A stretch of DNA of 49,369 nt, taken from a virus (lineage: Duplodnaviria > Caudoviricetes). How positions within the stretch are numbered: position 1 is the stretch's first letter; the number at the start of each line of letters is the position of its first letter. The stretch covers positions 1 through 49,369 of the IMG/VR virus record IMGVR_UViG_3300037423_000095. One strand, given 5' to 3'. The position numbers were made by a program, and so were the translations under genes. The notes under the pieces are model-generated. The model did not search any database. It had not been told where the DNA came from and saw only the letters and a list, made by a program, of their open reading frames with translations. This document shows, in pieces, positions 27,738 through 37,343 of the stretch.

Positions 27738-28258
27738 TGATTACGCTAGCTCAACTGCTAGCGATCATGCCTTATGCAAAGGGAAGGGCTGAGAAATTCT
27801 TGGCCCCTCTCAATGCAGCCATGGAAGAGTTTGGGATTGACACCCCTGCCAGACAGGCTGCCTTCCTTGCCCAGATTGGGCATGAGAGTGCCCAATTGAG
27901 GTATGTTCGTGAGCTAGCCTCAGGAGAAGCCTACGAAGGACGCAAGGACTTGGGGAACACTTCTCCAGGAGACGGTGTGAAGTACAAAGGACGTGGCCTT
28001 ATTCAAATCACCGGGAAGACCAACTACGTTCAAATGATGATGGCTCTAGACCTGGATTGTGTAGAACATCCTGAAGTGCTGGAGGAGCCTGTCAATGCTT
28101 GCCGCTCTGCGGCTTGGTGGTGGAACAACCGAGGGCTGAATCAGCTAGCAGACAAGGGAGATTTCCTTAGGATCACTAAGGTTATCAATGGTGGAACGAA
28201 CGGGCTAGCAGACCGCGAGGCTCTTTACAAAGCTGCCAAGAATGTGTTAGGAGTATAA
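27737..28258 (+). CDS. Endolysin, glycoside hydrolase family 19
   Basis: AAFLAQIGHES, YKGRGLIQITGKTNY, ITKVINGGTNGLADR. Confidence 0.93.
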   Translation: MITLAQLLAIMPYAKGRAEKFLAPLNAAMEEFGIDTPARQAAFLAQIGHESAQLRYVRELASGEAYEGRKDLGNTSPGDGVKYKGRGLIQITGKTNYVQMMMALDLDCVEHPEVLEEPVNACRSAAWWWNNRGLNQLADKGDFLRITKVINGGTNGLADREALYKAAKNVLGV

Positions 28259-28259
28259 A

Positions 28260-28784
28260 GTGGATTGGATGAAACTACTGAAGACTGCCGCTCCGTGGAT
28301 CGCTACAGCCGTCACAGGGCCTCTAGGAGGCATCGCAATCGACTTGGCTACCTCCGCCTTGGGTGTGTCAGAAAAAACGACTGAAGGGCTTAAAAATGCC
28401 CTTGCTGGGGTCACTCCAGAGCAGATGCTTGCTCTGAAGAAGGCTGACCAAGAATTCCAGGCCCACATGGAAGAACTTGGCATCAAGAAGATCACTGACC
28501 TGGAGAAGATTGCAGCCGATGATCGTAACAGTGCAAGAGACATGCAGAAGTCAACTCGCAGCAACATGCCTGCGATTTTGACTTGTGGAGTAGCTGCAGC
28601 GTTTCTTGCTGGCTTCTTCGTCCTCTTCGGGGTAGAGATTCCGAAGGAGAACAAGGACATCATCGTGTATATGTGTGGTCAGCTAGCTGCAGCATTCGCT
28701 GCTTGCCTTGCCTTCTGGGTAGGTACTACACGTAATAGCAATGACAAGACTGAAATGCTGGCGAAAGCCCAGCCGATCAAGTAG
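28260..28784 (+). CDS. Membrane protein, 3TM-holin-like
   Basis: DRNSARDMQ, two C-terminal TM helices, FWVGTTRNS. Confidence 0.65.
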   Translation: MDWMKLLKTAAPWIATAVTGPLGGIAIDLATSALGVSEKTTEGLKNALAGVTPEQMLALKKADQEFQAHMEELGIKKITDLEKIAADDRNSARDMQKSTRSNMPAILTCGVAAAFLAGFFVLFGVEIPKENKDIIVYMCGQLAAAFAACLAFWVGTTRNSNDKTEMLAKAQPIK

Positions 28785-28791
28785 AAAGAAC

Positions 28792-28821
28792 AAAAGCCCC
28801 AAGGCTTGCGCCTTGGGGCTT
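28792..28821 (-). terminator. Terminator for minus-strand transcripts
   Basis: AAGCCCCAAGGC-TTGC-GCCTTGGGGCTT with A tract on the left. Confidence 0.75.
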
Positions 28822-28864
28822 CATTAGAACAAATTTTTGTGCCTCTGTGGTAAGGAAGCATGTG

Positions 28865-28895
28865 AGCCCGCTAGCGAAAGCTAGCGGGCTTTTTT
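28865..28895 (+). terminator. Terminator for plus-strand late transcripts
   Basis: AGCCCGCTAGC-GAAA-GCTAGCGGGCT-TTTTT. Confidence 0.85.
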
Positions 28896-29080
28896 CATTC
28901 CAGTTGCCAAACTACCTTCGGAGGCTGCTGTCGCAGTTGATGGTCTTTGATGTATTCCATAGCTAGCTCTTCAGTGTAGTGCCAGTTAATGGAACACCAG
29001 AAAGGCCACCAAGGGTACTTAACTTCGGCATAATACTTACGATCACACTGAATGATTCTGTACTTCAGTCTGTTGGACAT
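28895..29080 (-). CDS. Hypothetical protein
   Basis: Likely start MSNRLK after GAGGA within track ORF 28895-29158. Confidence 0.55.
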   Translation of the reverse strand: MSNRLKYRIIQCDRKYYAEVKYPWWPFWCSINWHYTEELAMEYIKDHQLRQQPPKVVWQLE

Positions 29081-29185
29081 GCTTTCCTCATTGCTTTCTC
29101 TGTAGCAGGGTTGCGTAGTCGGATGAGCCCGCACTTCGTGCAAGCACTCCAGTGACAAACTTTCCTGCCCCAGTTATGGGCTGTG

Positions 29186-29395
29186 TCAGGCTTCTTGCTT
29201 GGCTCCACTCTCATGTCCAATCTTATGGGCATAGCGGACGGCATCTATCACCCACTCATGAGGAAACCATTGCGCAGCTTCTTCTGCCGTTTTAGGCAGG
29301 TATTGAAGACAAGGGGAGGGAGTGAGAATGCTACCCTCTTTCAAAGCCATCATTCTGGCAAGAATGATGGCATCAGCCCGACTCATCTTAAGCAT
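29186..29395 (-). CDS. Hypothetical protein
   Basis: Packed in operon, overlaps upstream stop. Confidence 0.55.
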   Translation of the reverse strand: MLKMSRADAIILARMMALKEGSILTPSPCLQYLPKTAEEAAQWFPHEWVIDAVRYAHKIGHESGAKQEA

Positions 29396-29699
29396 GGTGA
29401 GGCTCCTTCTCTTCGGCTACAGCATCCAAAGCTTGTTGAGCACGGAAGGCAATCAACTTCTTGAGCACCACTTCCATGTCATCAGCACTCTGAGCAAGTT
29501 CGATAACGTAGTCCAGCATGTCCTCTCGTCCCGCCTTCCACATGAAGAAGCCCAGGTTGTAGGCTCCCAGTTGTGGTTCTTGGTTGATGGTGAAAGGAAG
29601 TTGCCGGATGGCATGGTTGAAGAAGCCCTCAGTGTCCAGCACAGCGAAAGTGAGCCGGTAGAGTTCCTTCTCCTTCTCTGTGAAGAGCTTCAGCTTCAT
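29388..29699 (-). CDS. Hypothetical protein
   Basis: ATGA overlap with upstream gene. Confidence 0.6.
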   Translation of the reverse strand: MKLKLFTEKEKELYRLTFAVLDTEGFFNHAIRQLPFTINQEPQLGAYNLGFFMWKAGREDMLDYVIELAQSADDMEVVLKKLIAFRAQQALDAVAEEKEPHHA

Positions 29700-30004
29700 T
29701 CGTCATCCCCAAGGATGTCGTCCAGCACAGCGAAGCCCTTCCCAGTTTCCTTCTCAGCCTTGGTCTTCTGCTTGTAGCGAGCCTTCAGGTATTTGCTGAC
29801 AAAGCCCTTCTTCAGGCCAGTCTTCAGCTTGACGCTCTCCACAAGGTCTTTGAAGTTGTCCATGTGAAGCTGAGCCTCGCTCAAGTGCGTGTAGGCTTCC
29901 TTCACCACTTCACGGAGGTAGTCTTCATGGATGTTGGCAGTGACGCCATCCACAGTCACCGGGACTGTTTCCCCGGTTACGTTGTTCTCGTCATTCGGAT
30001 TCAA
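29696..30004 (-). CDS. Putative dsDNA-binding protein (T4 DsbA/GapR-like)
   Basis: Helical pattern KDLVESVKLKTGLKKGFVSKYLKARYKQ; strong AGGAGG RBS. Confidence 0.45.
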   Translation of the reverse strand: MNPNDENNVTGETVPVTVDGVTANIHEDYLREVVKEAYTHLSEAQLHMDNFKDLVESVKLKTGLKKGFVSKYLKARYKQKTKAEKETGKGFAVLDDILGDDE

Positions 30005-30145
30005 TCTTCATTCCTCCTTGGTAATTGTAGTGGGAGGTTTCTTTGAGCAGACCTTCATAATGGGCACCACCGACGAACAAGAAGCCAATGATGTCATCAA
30101 AGACATGCCTGCTTGCGATGCTGTCCAAATATTCTTGCATGTCCA

Positions 30146-30334
30146 TTAGAAGTACCCCAGGATGGCTCCGACGAATGGGACGAACACACCGATGATTCGT
30201 CCAACAAAGAACGTAGTGATGGGGGAGTCATGCACAACAAGCTGCACAGTGGCCCATACGTTCATGCACCAACCAACGATCCCAGCAACAGCCAGGGCAA
30301 CAATCAGCACGAGGCCAATCAGTTTAGCGTACAT
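30146..30334 (-). CDS. Small membrane protein
   Basis: GWCMNV...RIIGVFVPFVGAILGYF, two TM segments. Confidence 0.65.
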   Translation of the reverse strand: MYAKLIGLVLIVALAVAGIVGWCMNVWATVQLVVHDSPITTFFVGRIIGVFVPFVGAILGYF

Positions 30335-30550
30335 TCAACTTTCCTCCTTCTCAAGTTTCATAGGATTAGCAATATGCTTTCCATCCTTGTAGATCACCGG
30401 AACAGTCCGGTGTCCCATGTCCAAGATGAACTGCCTAGCTTCTGCATCTTGGTCGATCCTCACTTCCACGAACTCAATGCCTTTGACTTTCAGTTGTAGC
30501 TTCAGGGCATTGCAGCCTGGGCAATTTGCTTGGCTGTAGACGTAGATCAT
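30335..30550 (-). CDS. Glutaredoxin/NrdH-like redoxin
   Basis: CPGC active site, GHRTVPVI; ATG 30550 after AGGAGG; adjacent to RNR. Confidence 0.9.
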   Translation of the reverse strand: MIYVYSQANCPGCNALKLQLKVKGIEFVEVRIDQDAEARQFILDMGHRTVPVIYKDGKHIANPMKLEKEES

Positions 30551-30560
30551 TTTCCTCCTT

Positions 30561-30578
30561 TGTCTCAAATCTGAGACA
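30561..30578. repeat. Palindromic motif copy 2
   Basis: TGTCTCAAATCTGAGACA adjacent to the glutaredoxin RBS and overlapping a hairpin at 30576-30593. Confidence 0.8.
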
Positions 30579-30597
30579 GGGCCGAAGCCCTGTTCCC

Positions 30598-32532
30598 TCA
30601 CTTAATGGGGCATGCACCCGTGGCACACTCGTCCCCTCCGTCAAACTCAGCAGCGCTGATGCTTGTAATCAACCGCGTACGGCTTACAAGGTCATCATAC
30701 ACCTCCTTGCTCACTTCCTCGTAGGGGGCTTGCTTGAAGCCATGCTCCGAGTGTAGCAGGAAAGACAGGCTCTTGTGATTGTCTTTGTAGTGGGTTGCCA
30801 AGTATTCACGAATCTCAGGAAGTTCTTCCTTGCGGTAGTAGACAGTGCAGCTAACGCTGTTGTCACTCCACACCCTCTGCATTTCCTTCACACACTCAAG
30901 CTGCTTCACAGCCGTCATGTCTTTCGCTAGCACAGTGCCTTCAGGGTAGCTGAAGGGGAAGCTTACCACAACAGTGGAGTGATCCTTCGTGCCATCGAAG
31001 TTTTCTTGGAACTCTACAGGATATCCGTGCTCTCGGCAAGTCTGCACCAGCGGGTGGTCAGCCATGATGCGAATACGACGAATCATGTACTGAGCGTAAG
31101 CCGGGTGAACTCCAGGCGTCACACCAGGAAGAAGCGATAGCGTACCAGACGGCTTCACTGTTGTCAACTTGATCGACTCAGGGAAGCCCTTTAGCCTGCT
31201 GTACTCCACGTCGTACTTGCGGAGTTCCTTGTACACCCAATCAAGCCAGCTACGCTGCTCGGCGGAAGCCTGGAGGATACCAGTCATTCCGATGCCCCTG
31301 CGCATGTTCTTGTTGACGATCTTCTCAGTTTCCTTGTGATGGCAAGGCAGCGCTAGGCTGTGCTTGTTCACACGGTAGAGAAGCTTCACAACATCAAGCA
31401 GTTCTTCTCGGCTGTTGACGTTGGGCAGGTACACCTCTGCAAGGCAGCACGTCTCGTAGTTGGCAAGGCTCTGCTCTGCGCAAGGATTGTACCCCATCAC
31501 TTCAGGATCAGGGAACCAGCCCTCGCCCAGACGGCCCATCGCACGAGAGAGGGAAAGGTTAATCAGTCCGTAAGGTTCACCCTTACCTTCGTAGCCCTCC
31601 CAGAAGTAATCGTGCAAGTCTTCAATGTCATTACACACCACGCTGTTGTTGCTCATGGCACGCCAGCTAGGAATGCTCCCCATATCCCAGCGCTTGGCTA
31701 GGAGGTACTCAACATCATCGGGATCACCAATAGCAATCTGGGCAGAGCGTCGGACATTGCCAGCCACCACAACAGCCCCAATGATGTTCATGATGTCTAG
31801 AGCATCAATCGGGCGAATCTTCTTCCCAGCACGTTTCTCCAGCACTTCACTAATCTTCCCGATACCCCAGCAGAGGTCTTCTGGGCCTGAGGCTGTTCCT
31901 CCGAAGCCCTTGATGGGGGCTCCCTTGCCTCGAATAAGCTGTGTGCTGTAACTGAAGTGAGGATTATCCTTTGTTGAGAGGAAGGCTGCCTTAAGGGTTT
32001 TCGCTAGAAGCGCCACCCAACCTTCTCGTGTATCAGGCACGATGAAATCTGAAGAGGCGTTATCCTGTCGCTTCGGCGCCTTGAATTTCTTGTTCACCTT
32101 CGGTAGCTTGCTCACATGCTCCCGCTGGATGTTGTAGCCTACCCCAGAGCCCAGCATCAGCATGTCCATCGCCCAGGTGAAAGGGCGTACGGGATGGTCT
32201 ACAGTGGTGAAAGCGCAGTTCTGAAGGCTGGGCAGCCCTAGCGTGTCAATTGTGGAGGTTCCAAGCTGCCAAAGGAAACGTCCTGCGACAGTGCCCTTTA
32301 GAGCCAGCATATAGCCTCGTAGGCGGTCTGATTCCTCAGGGGTAAGGCCTACCCCTAGCTGAGAGTTTGCGGCGCTTACAACGCGGTTTACAGTGTCTAC
32401 GAACTCTTCAGTGGGGCTGTCGGCGTTTGCTTGGTCGAGGCGTCGGGCGTAAGTTCGTTTGAAAGTGAGGTAGCCCACGGTCGAGAACGGTGTTTCTGGA
32501 AATGGTGTGGCTACGTTATTCGAATCCGTCAT
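30598..32532 (-). CDS. nrdJ: Class II (B12-dependent) ribonucleotide reductase, RTPR-type
   Basis: NCAF, GNVRRSA, NPCAEQSL, TTVKPSGT, C-terminal CATGACPIK; no beta subunit nearby. Confidence 0.92.
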   Translation of the reverse strand: MTDSNNVATPFPETPFSTVGYLTFKRTYARRLDQANADSPTEEFVDTVNRVVSAANSQLGVGLTPEESDRLRGYMLALKGTVAGRFLWQLGTSTIDTLGLPSLQNCAFTTVDHPVRPFTWAMDMLMLGSGVGYNIQREHVSKLPKVNKKFKAPKRQDNASSDFIVPDTREGWVALLAKTLKAAFLSTKDNPHFSYSTQLIRGKGAPIKGFGGTASGPEDLCWGIGKISEVLEKRAGKKIRPIDALDIMNIIGAVVVAGNVRRSAQIAIGDPDDVEYLLAKRWDMGSIPSWRAMSNNSVVCNDIEDLHDYFWEGYEGKGEPYGLINLSLSRAMGRLGEGWFPDPEVMGYNPCAEQSLANYETCCLAEVYLPNVNSREELLDVVKLLYRVNKHSLALPCHHKETEKIVNKNMRRGIGMTGILQASAEQRSWLDWVYKELRKYDVEYSRLKGFPESIKLTTVKPSGTLSLLPGVTPGVHPAYAQYMIRRIRIMADHPLVQTCREHGYPVEFQENFDGTKDHSTVVVSFPFSYPEGTVLAKDMTAVKQLECVKEMQRVWSDNSVSCTVYYRKEELPEIREYLATHYKDNHKSLSFLLHSEHGFKQAPYEEVSKEVYDDLVSRTRLITSISAAEFDGGDECATGACPIK

Positions 32533-32716
32533 CTATTCTTTCTAGTTTTGTAGTTGAAAAAGAAGAAGACTCCGCTTCTTCCACGCTGACAATCTTCGCT
32601 CCTGGAAAGTCCAGGAGTGTCGCCAGCACGGCTTCTGCGGAGTCTTCTGCCTCCACTCTATGGGCATTCCATGAGCGAGGGAATGCGTATTTTACTACGA
32701 AAATTCTCTTTGTCAA
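32516..32716 (-). CDS. Hypothetical protein
   Basis: Packed in operon with RBS. Confidence 0.5.
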   Translation of the reverse strand: MTKRIFVVKYAFPRSWNAHRVEAEDSAEAVLATLLDFPGAKIVSVEEAESSSFSTTKLERIDDGFE

Positions 32717-32727
32717 TCTGTCCCTCT

Positions 32728-32952
32728 TTATTGGGCTTTCAGACCGCCAAATGCCTTTCGCAACTTCTTCTCAACTTCGACCCGCTTAACGTCAGTCATC
32801 AACTCCTGCTCTTCTGGGTTGTACGTGCATTCAACAAGAGGAAGTTCATCTGCGGCACAGGTCAACCGAAACCACGTCGTACCAGAGGGCAATCCCAAAA
32901 GCCGACGAACTTCCGCCATTGCCTCACCCTGATTTACAGCATACTTCGTCAT
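32728..32952 (-). CDS. Hypothetical protein
   Basis: ATGA overlap, GGAG RBS. Confidence 0.55.
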   Translation of the reverse strand: MTKYAVNQGEAMAEVRRLLGLPSGTTWFRLTCAADELPLVECTYNPEEQELMTDVKRVEVEKKLRKAFGGLKAQ

Positions 32953-33470
32953 ACTCCCTCCCTCACAGGCAGCTTCATACTGCCATCCTCGTTATAAGCA
33001 TTTCCACGAATAGCATCCCGAATAGCTTCAAGCTGCTTGATTTCAGCCCTTTTCTCCTCGTAGTCTGGCTCAGTCTGGCTCTCAGGAAACTCCTTCTCGT
33101 CAGGCGTGCCGTCTAGCTCTGCATCCTTGAAGGTGATGCTGTTGCCCATGAGGGCTGCTAGCTCACGGGCTAGCCCGATGTCTGTATGGGCTGCTGCAAT
33201 CATCCGCTCTGTGGCATCACAGAGCGGGCTATTAATCCACGCTCGATTAATCGAAATCTCTCCTACAGCCCTGAAGCCCACGCCTGTCTTGCCTTGCATG
33301 TCCCGATGGTTGGCAGGCTCATAAGCGATGGGATAATCAAGATCGAAGCCTAGCTGGCCTAGATACTTGTTGACGAGTGGGTCAAGCTTGGGATCAAGCA
33401 ATTCAATCTCGTTGTAACCCTTCAACTCAGGGATCAGAAGAAGGTCACGAAAGCTAAATACTCTGGACAA
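32949..33470 (-). CDS. Hypothetical protein
   Basis: 173 aa, AGGAGG RBS, TTG start. Confidence 0.65.
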   Translation of the reverse strand: MSRVFSFRDLLLIPELKGYNEIELLDPKLDPLVNKYLGQLGFDLDYPIAYEPANHRDMQGKTGVGFRAVGEISINRAWINSPLCDATERMIAAAHTDIGLARELAALMGNSITFKDAELDGTPDEKEFPESQTEPDYEEKRAEIKQLEAIRDAIRGNAYNEDGSMKLPVREGV

Positions 33471-33482
33471 TATAGTCCTCCT

Positions 33483-33782
33483 TTACTGCAGTACCGGCGC
33501 CTGAAGCTGTAGCTGCTGGAGCCACTTCAAGAGCATCGGCATCTTCTTATACTCATAGGTCGTCTGGAAGAACACTTCCAAAGTCTCCCCTTTGTGGTGA
33601 AGTACAAAGTGGCTGGGAAAGAAATCCGCCACCACTTTGCCTTCCTCTTCGACATCAAAGAACGGTGGGAATCTTTCTACCTTGAAGAATGATACCACCC
33701 CTTGCGGGAAGAGGCAGTACATTCCGATGGGCAAGTTCCCTAGCTGTACAGGGACTTCAGCAAACATTAGAAGCCAGTCCAA
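33483..33782 (-). CDS. Hypothetical protein
   Basis: Operon-packed ORF. Confidence 0.5.
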   Translation of the reverse strand: MDWLLMFAEVPVQLGNLPIGMYCLFPQGVVSFFKVERFPPFFDVEEEGKVVADFFPSHFVLHHKGETLEVFFQTTYEYKKMPMLLKWLQQLQLQAPVLQ

Positions 33783-34126
33783 TCAAGACTCTTACCTGGA
33801 AGCACACCCTTCTTAATCAGAAACTCTTCCATGCGCTCTTCCCACTCAGCGAGGTCTGGCTTGATGCAATCCGGCTGGTTGGTCTTCTGGTCGATTTCTT
33901 CAGCGGCTTTCTTAAGCCGCTGGTATTCTTCCCACTCTTCCTTCGTAATTTCCACCTTCTTAGGCTCAAGCACAGGAGGCGTTGGTGGAAACTTAGAGAC
34001 ATCAGGTAGTAGAGGTCTGATTAAGAAAGGAGGGTCGATGGCTGGCATAACACCCGGTGCCGGGCCGATCCAAGGATATCCCCACTCACGTTGATAATGG
34101 TCTGTCACTGCGCTTACTACGCACAT
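33767..34126 (-). CDS. Hypothetical protein (Pro-rich)
   Basis: GGAGG RBS; MCVVS..QPDC pattern. Confidence 0.6.
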   Translation of the reverse strand: MCVVSAVTDHYQREWGYPWIGPAPGVMPAIDPPFLIRPLLPDVSKFPPTPPVLEPKKVEITKEEWEEYQRLKKAAEEIDQKTNQPDCIKPDLAEWEERMEEFLIKKGVLPGKSLDWTGF

Positions 34127-34341
34127 ACTACTTCCTCCCTCGTTGTTCGTTTAATCACTCTGTACAGAATGCTTGGGTCTTTCATCCGCTTGTGCATTGC
34201 TTTGTTAGCAGCCTTAGCATCCCTTGGGTTGCTGAAGCCTACAAAGTTGGAATTGAAAGGAACGGTATCAAACCAGCTAACCCCTCCACTCCAACCTGTG
34301 TTCTGGGCAATGAACACGGCCCACTCACGAACTTCACCCAC
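34117..34341 (-). CDS. Hypothetical protein
   Basis: AGGAG RBS, operon-packed. Confidence 0.5.
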   Translation of the reverse strand: MGEVREWAVFIAQNTGWSGGVSWFDTVPFNSNFVGFSNPRDAKAANKAMHKRMKDPSILYRVIKRTTREEVVCA

Positions 34342-34924
34342 ACTGCTTCTCCTTTCCGTGGCGCTCGGTATAGCCTGCGCCTTGTTGGTTTAGTTGTTCG
34401 ATCTTTGATTGACGATACTTAACCGCTTGAGCGAAAGCTTCCTCATCGCCTAACTTTGTCACAGAGAAGTGCTTTGACTTCCTTGTCCCGTCAAGTTCAA
34501 CCCAATTTGCCCGCCAGTAGAAGTTACCGTTTGGATTACTCACCTTGTTAACACCAGTCACAAGCGTATGATGGTTCTTAGCCTTCTTCCTATTTCTCAT
34601 GTTCTCGGCATGAGACACCAACCTCAGATTTTCAATGCGGTTTGATGTAGTGCCGTCAATGTGGTCAATCATCGATCCCGCTGGTAACTCTCCGTAGTGT
34701 AACTCCCACACTATCTTGTGTACATGGTAGTTGTTCTGTTTCAAACGGATGACATACCTAAAGTAGTTCGGGTATGCCTCTGACAAACATCCCGCTACCC
34801 CACCAGCCGAAGCCTTTTGCACATTGTTATGCCTCCCAGTCCATATGTCCTTCTTCCAGCGTAGGCAACTAGGGCTAGTCTCATCATAGACAAACCAATC
34901 GCCCCATTTCAGGCTCTTAGCCAT
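34334..34924 (-). CDS. HNH homing endonuclease with AP2-like domain
   Basis: IDHIDG..NRIENLRLVSHAENMRN; WRANW..KSKHFSVTKLG.EEAF..A. Confidence 0.88.
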   Translation of the reverse strand: MAKSLKWGDWFVYDETSPSCLRWKKDIWTGRHNNVQKASAGGVAGCLSEAYPNYFRYVIRLKQNNYHVHKIVWELHYGELPAGSMIDHIDGTTSNRIENLRLVSHAENMRNRKKAKNHHTLVTGVNKVSNPNGNFYWRANWVELDGTRKSKHFSVTKLGDEEAFAQAVKYRQSKIEQLNQQGAGYTERHGKEKQCG

Positions 34925-35843
34925 ACGTTCGTTTTAGCCAATCCAACGACACAAATAAAGGATCGTAGGCTCCATCCTTAACATTGTGCTTCAGCACCAC
35001 ACCTTTCCAATGGTGATTACCTTGGTGCCCCTTATAAGACTCCTGGTGCTCATAACATGCTCCACACACGAGCCCGATTTGCTGCTGCCCTGTGGGTAGA
35101 AACCGGACAGCAATATCGAGAGTCTGCCTGTGCCCCATCGTAAAACTCTGCCCGATAGTCTTGAGCATGTTGGCTGCAGTTCCACTTAGTGGTCGGCCAG
35201 TCATTACGTTTTCCCAGTAATGCACATAAGCTATGCCGTCAACCACAACAGGCTTCTTGAAGTCATGTACTTCCCAACCATACTCATCAAGCCCTAAGCT
35301 ATCAATCGACAAGAACCCATGAAGTTCAGGATTGGCATTTACATGCCTAGTGATCCTATCCTCATGGTTGCCCAAGGTGACGAGTTTGCGAGGCATGTAC
35401 ACAGGCTCTCCCGCAAGAAACTGCTCACGCTGTAGCTGCACAATCGGTTCGTTGAGTCTCTTCCAGCCCTCCCGGGCTGCATCAATATCTAGCTGTACCC
35501 TCTTACCTTCCGCAGTACGCTTGCCTTTGTCGTAGCTAGAAAGGCTCTCCATGTCTGCGAAATCGCCGGCATGGACAATAACGTCTGGACGCTTGCGTAC
35601 GATGTACTTACCGATCCACTCCAAGTAGTCGAGGCTAACACCCGGTTTGACTTGCGAATCTGGAATGTACAGGTGTGTTCGCCCTTCGGGAGCCTTCGAT
35701 TCTTGCGGAGTTCTTGAAGTCCGACGAAGAAAATCCGATACCGTCGATTTCGGAACTTTGAGTTGTTCTGCAATTTCCCTCCAGGATAGTGTGCCAGTCT
35801 GCGCTAGCTCTAGAGCACTGCTCTTCCAATTAGTTTCCTGCAT
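34917..35843 (-). CDS. Calcineurin-like metallophosphoesterase with N-terminal HTH
   Basis: IPDSQ, GDFAD, GNHE and GHRQ motifs; LSWREIAEQLKVPKSTVSD HTH. Confidence 0.85.
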   Translation of the reverse strand: MQETNWKSSALELAQTGTLSWREIAEQLKVPKSTVSDFLRRTSRTPQESKAPEGRTHLYIPDSQVKPGVSLDYLEWIGKYIVRKRPDVIVHAGDFADMESLSSYDKGKRTAEGKRVQLDIDAAREGWKRLNEPIVQLQREQFLAGEPVYMPRKLVTLGNHEDRITRHVNANPELHGFLSIDSLGLDEYGWEVHDFKKPVVVDGIAYVHYWENVMTGRPLSGTAANMLKTIGQSFTMGHRQTLDIAVRFLPTGQQQIGLVCGACYEHQESYKGHQGNHHWKGVVLKHNVKDGAYDPLFVSLDWLKRTYG

Positions 35844-36228
35844 TTTCCTCCTGTTCAAGCTTTGCTAGTTGTTCTTTGAGTTCTCGGATTTGACGCTGAC
35901 GAGGGGTTTCACACTTCCAAAGTAAAATGCCCTTACGAACCTCTTGGAATAGGTCTTGGAATAGCTTGGGCCGTGCGTAAACTTCTTTGATAAGGAACTC
36001 ATGACTTGCTCCAATCTTATCCAACTCTTTCTCATCCCAGAAAGGGGTGTTCCAACCGCTTCCGTCTGCGGCAACTAGGATGTCTTTGCCCCATTCGTCC
36101 TTCAACCCAGAGACAATCCAAACTCGATTGCCTCGGTCAATCACCCGCATGAAAGACTTCAGTTCAAACACAGGCTTCCTCCTCCACCAACTCCAGCAGG
36201 CTCTCGTGGTACACCCAACGGAACGCAT
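35830..36228 (-). CDS. Hypothetical protein
   Basis: Operon-packed; true start probably downstream of the track start. Confidence 0.5.
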   Translation of the reverse strand: MRSVGCTTRACWSWWRRKPVFELKSFMRVIDRGNRVWIVSGLKDEWGKDILVAADGSGWNTPFWDEKELDKIGASHEFLIKEVYARPKLFQDLFQEVRKGILLWKCETPRQRQIRELKEQLAKLEQEENAGN

Positions 36229-36400
36229 CCGTATCTTCGGGGAACCTCACGTAGATGCCAAAGATGTCCTTCTCCACCACCTTCCCCACCTTACCGATGG
36301 TGGCATCCATATCCTCCACCCACACGTCGGCCCAACCAGGGACAGACTCCTCATCCTTCAGCCCCAGGTCCAACACCCTCACACGATCACCAACGTTCAT
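36164..36400 (-). CDS. Hypothetical protein (KOW/SH3-like)
   Basis: MNVGDRVRV..GKVGKVVE..VRF pattern. Confidence 0.55.
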   Translation of the reverse strand: MNVGDRVRVLDLGLKDEESVPGWADVWVEDMDATIGKVGKVVEKDIFGIYVRFPEDTDAFRWVYHESLLELVEEEACV

Positions 36401-36948
36401 TTTTGCTCCTTAAGAATTGCCCTCAACGCTGCTCTACGCTTGTCAGCATTGGTAAGCTGTTGTGAAGTGTACCCCCTAGTTTGACAGAATGCAAGCACTT
36501 CCTTCACTGGTCTTTTCATCCACTCTATGACTTTCTTCTCAACTAGGGCGTCTTCGTAGGAAAGACCGCTGCGCTCGGCGTAGCTTTTGACTTTATGGCA
36601 TGGCTTACAGGCCAGCACCCAGTTGCCGTTGCAGTCCAGCAGCTTGTGCATGAACTCAGCGGCTTCTTCCCAGGAGCCGCATGCCCCAGCTTGGTCCACA
36701 TGGTCAACCTCAAGACTGCTAGCTGCCCACCACTGTTTGCAATAGTAGCACATCCCTAGTTTCTTGGCCCGCCCTGTGTAGCCCTTAGGGGGTGGCACCA
36801 GTTGACCAGACTTCCACTTCAGCTTAGCTGGATAGACGGACCAGATGCGACGGATGGCTCCACGGAGATATACGAAGAAAGCAGATTTGGTTTTCCAGAT
36901 ATCGGGGAAGGCTTGCCAGGGCTCTTTATTCGAGACTGCTGTAGCCAA
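36397..36948 (-). CDS. HNH-type endonuclease
   Basis: CYYC..EVDHV..N..LACKPCH. Confidence 0.8.
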   Translation of the reverse strand: MATAVSNKEPWQAFPDIWKTKSAFFVYLRGAIRRIWSVYPAKLKWKSGQLVPPPKGYTGRAKKLGMCYYCKQWWAASSLEVDHVDQAGACGSWEEAAEFMHKLLDCNGNWVLACKPCHKVKSYAERSGLSYEDALVEKKVIEWMKRPVKEVLAFCQTRGYTSQQLTNADKRRAALRAILKEQK

Positions 36949-37162
36949 CGCTCACCACCTCCCAGTCCACGTCCTCTACTTTCCAATCCCCACTCTTGAT
37001 CTTGTCCAGCACTTGCTCTCGCGTATACCACGCCACTGTACCTGAAGCCCAAATCATCTTAGCTGAAGCAGCGTCCCGGTAGAAACTGAGCACCCCCTTC
37101 AAACCTGTGAAGTAAGTGACATGGAAGATGTGAGCGACTTCCCAGTTAATTGCTGCCATCAA
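36926..37162 (-). CDS. Hypothetical protein
   Basis: Operon-packed ORF. Confidence 0.5.
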   Translation of the reverse strand: MMAAINWEVAHIFHVTYFTGLKGVLSFYRDAASAKMIWASGTVAWYTREQVLDKIKSGDWKVEDVDWEVVSVGYSSLE

Positions 37163-37343
37163 TCTTCACCCACTTACTATAGTTAAGTTTGTCTTCCACT
37201 TCAGCAGCGCTGAGACGGAAGCTTCGCTCGCGGTCTTCTGCATCCCAGTAAGGGATAAGGTATTCCTCCGGGATGGGCTCATAGTACGCCGTGTACACCT
37301 CATCGTAGCCACGCACCCTGAACTTAAAACTCTCTCGCTTCAA
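37146..37343 (-). CDS. Hypothetical protein
   Basis: Overlaps exonuclease stop, GGAGG RBS. Confidence 0.5.
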   Translation of the reverse strand: MKRESFKFRVRGYDEVYTAYYEPIPEEYLIPYWDAEDRERSFRLSAAEVEDKLNYSKWVKIDGSN

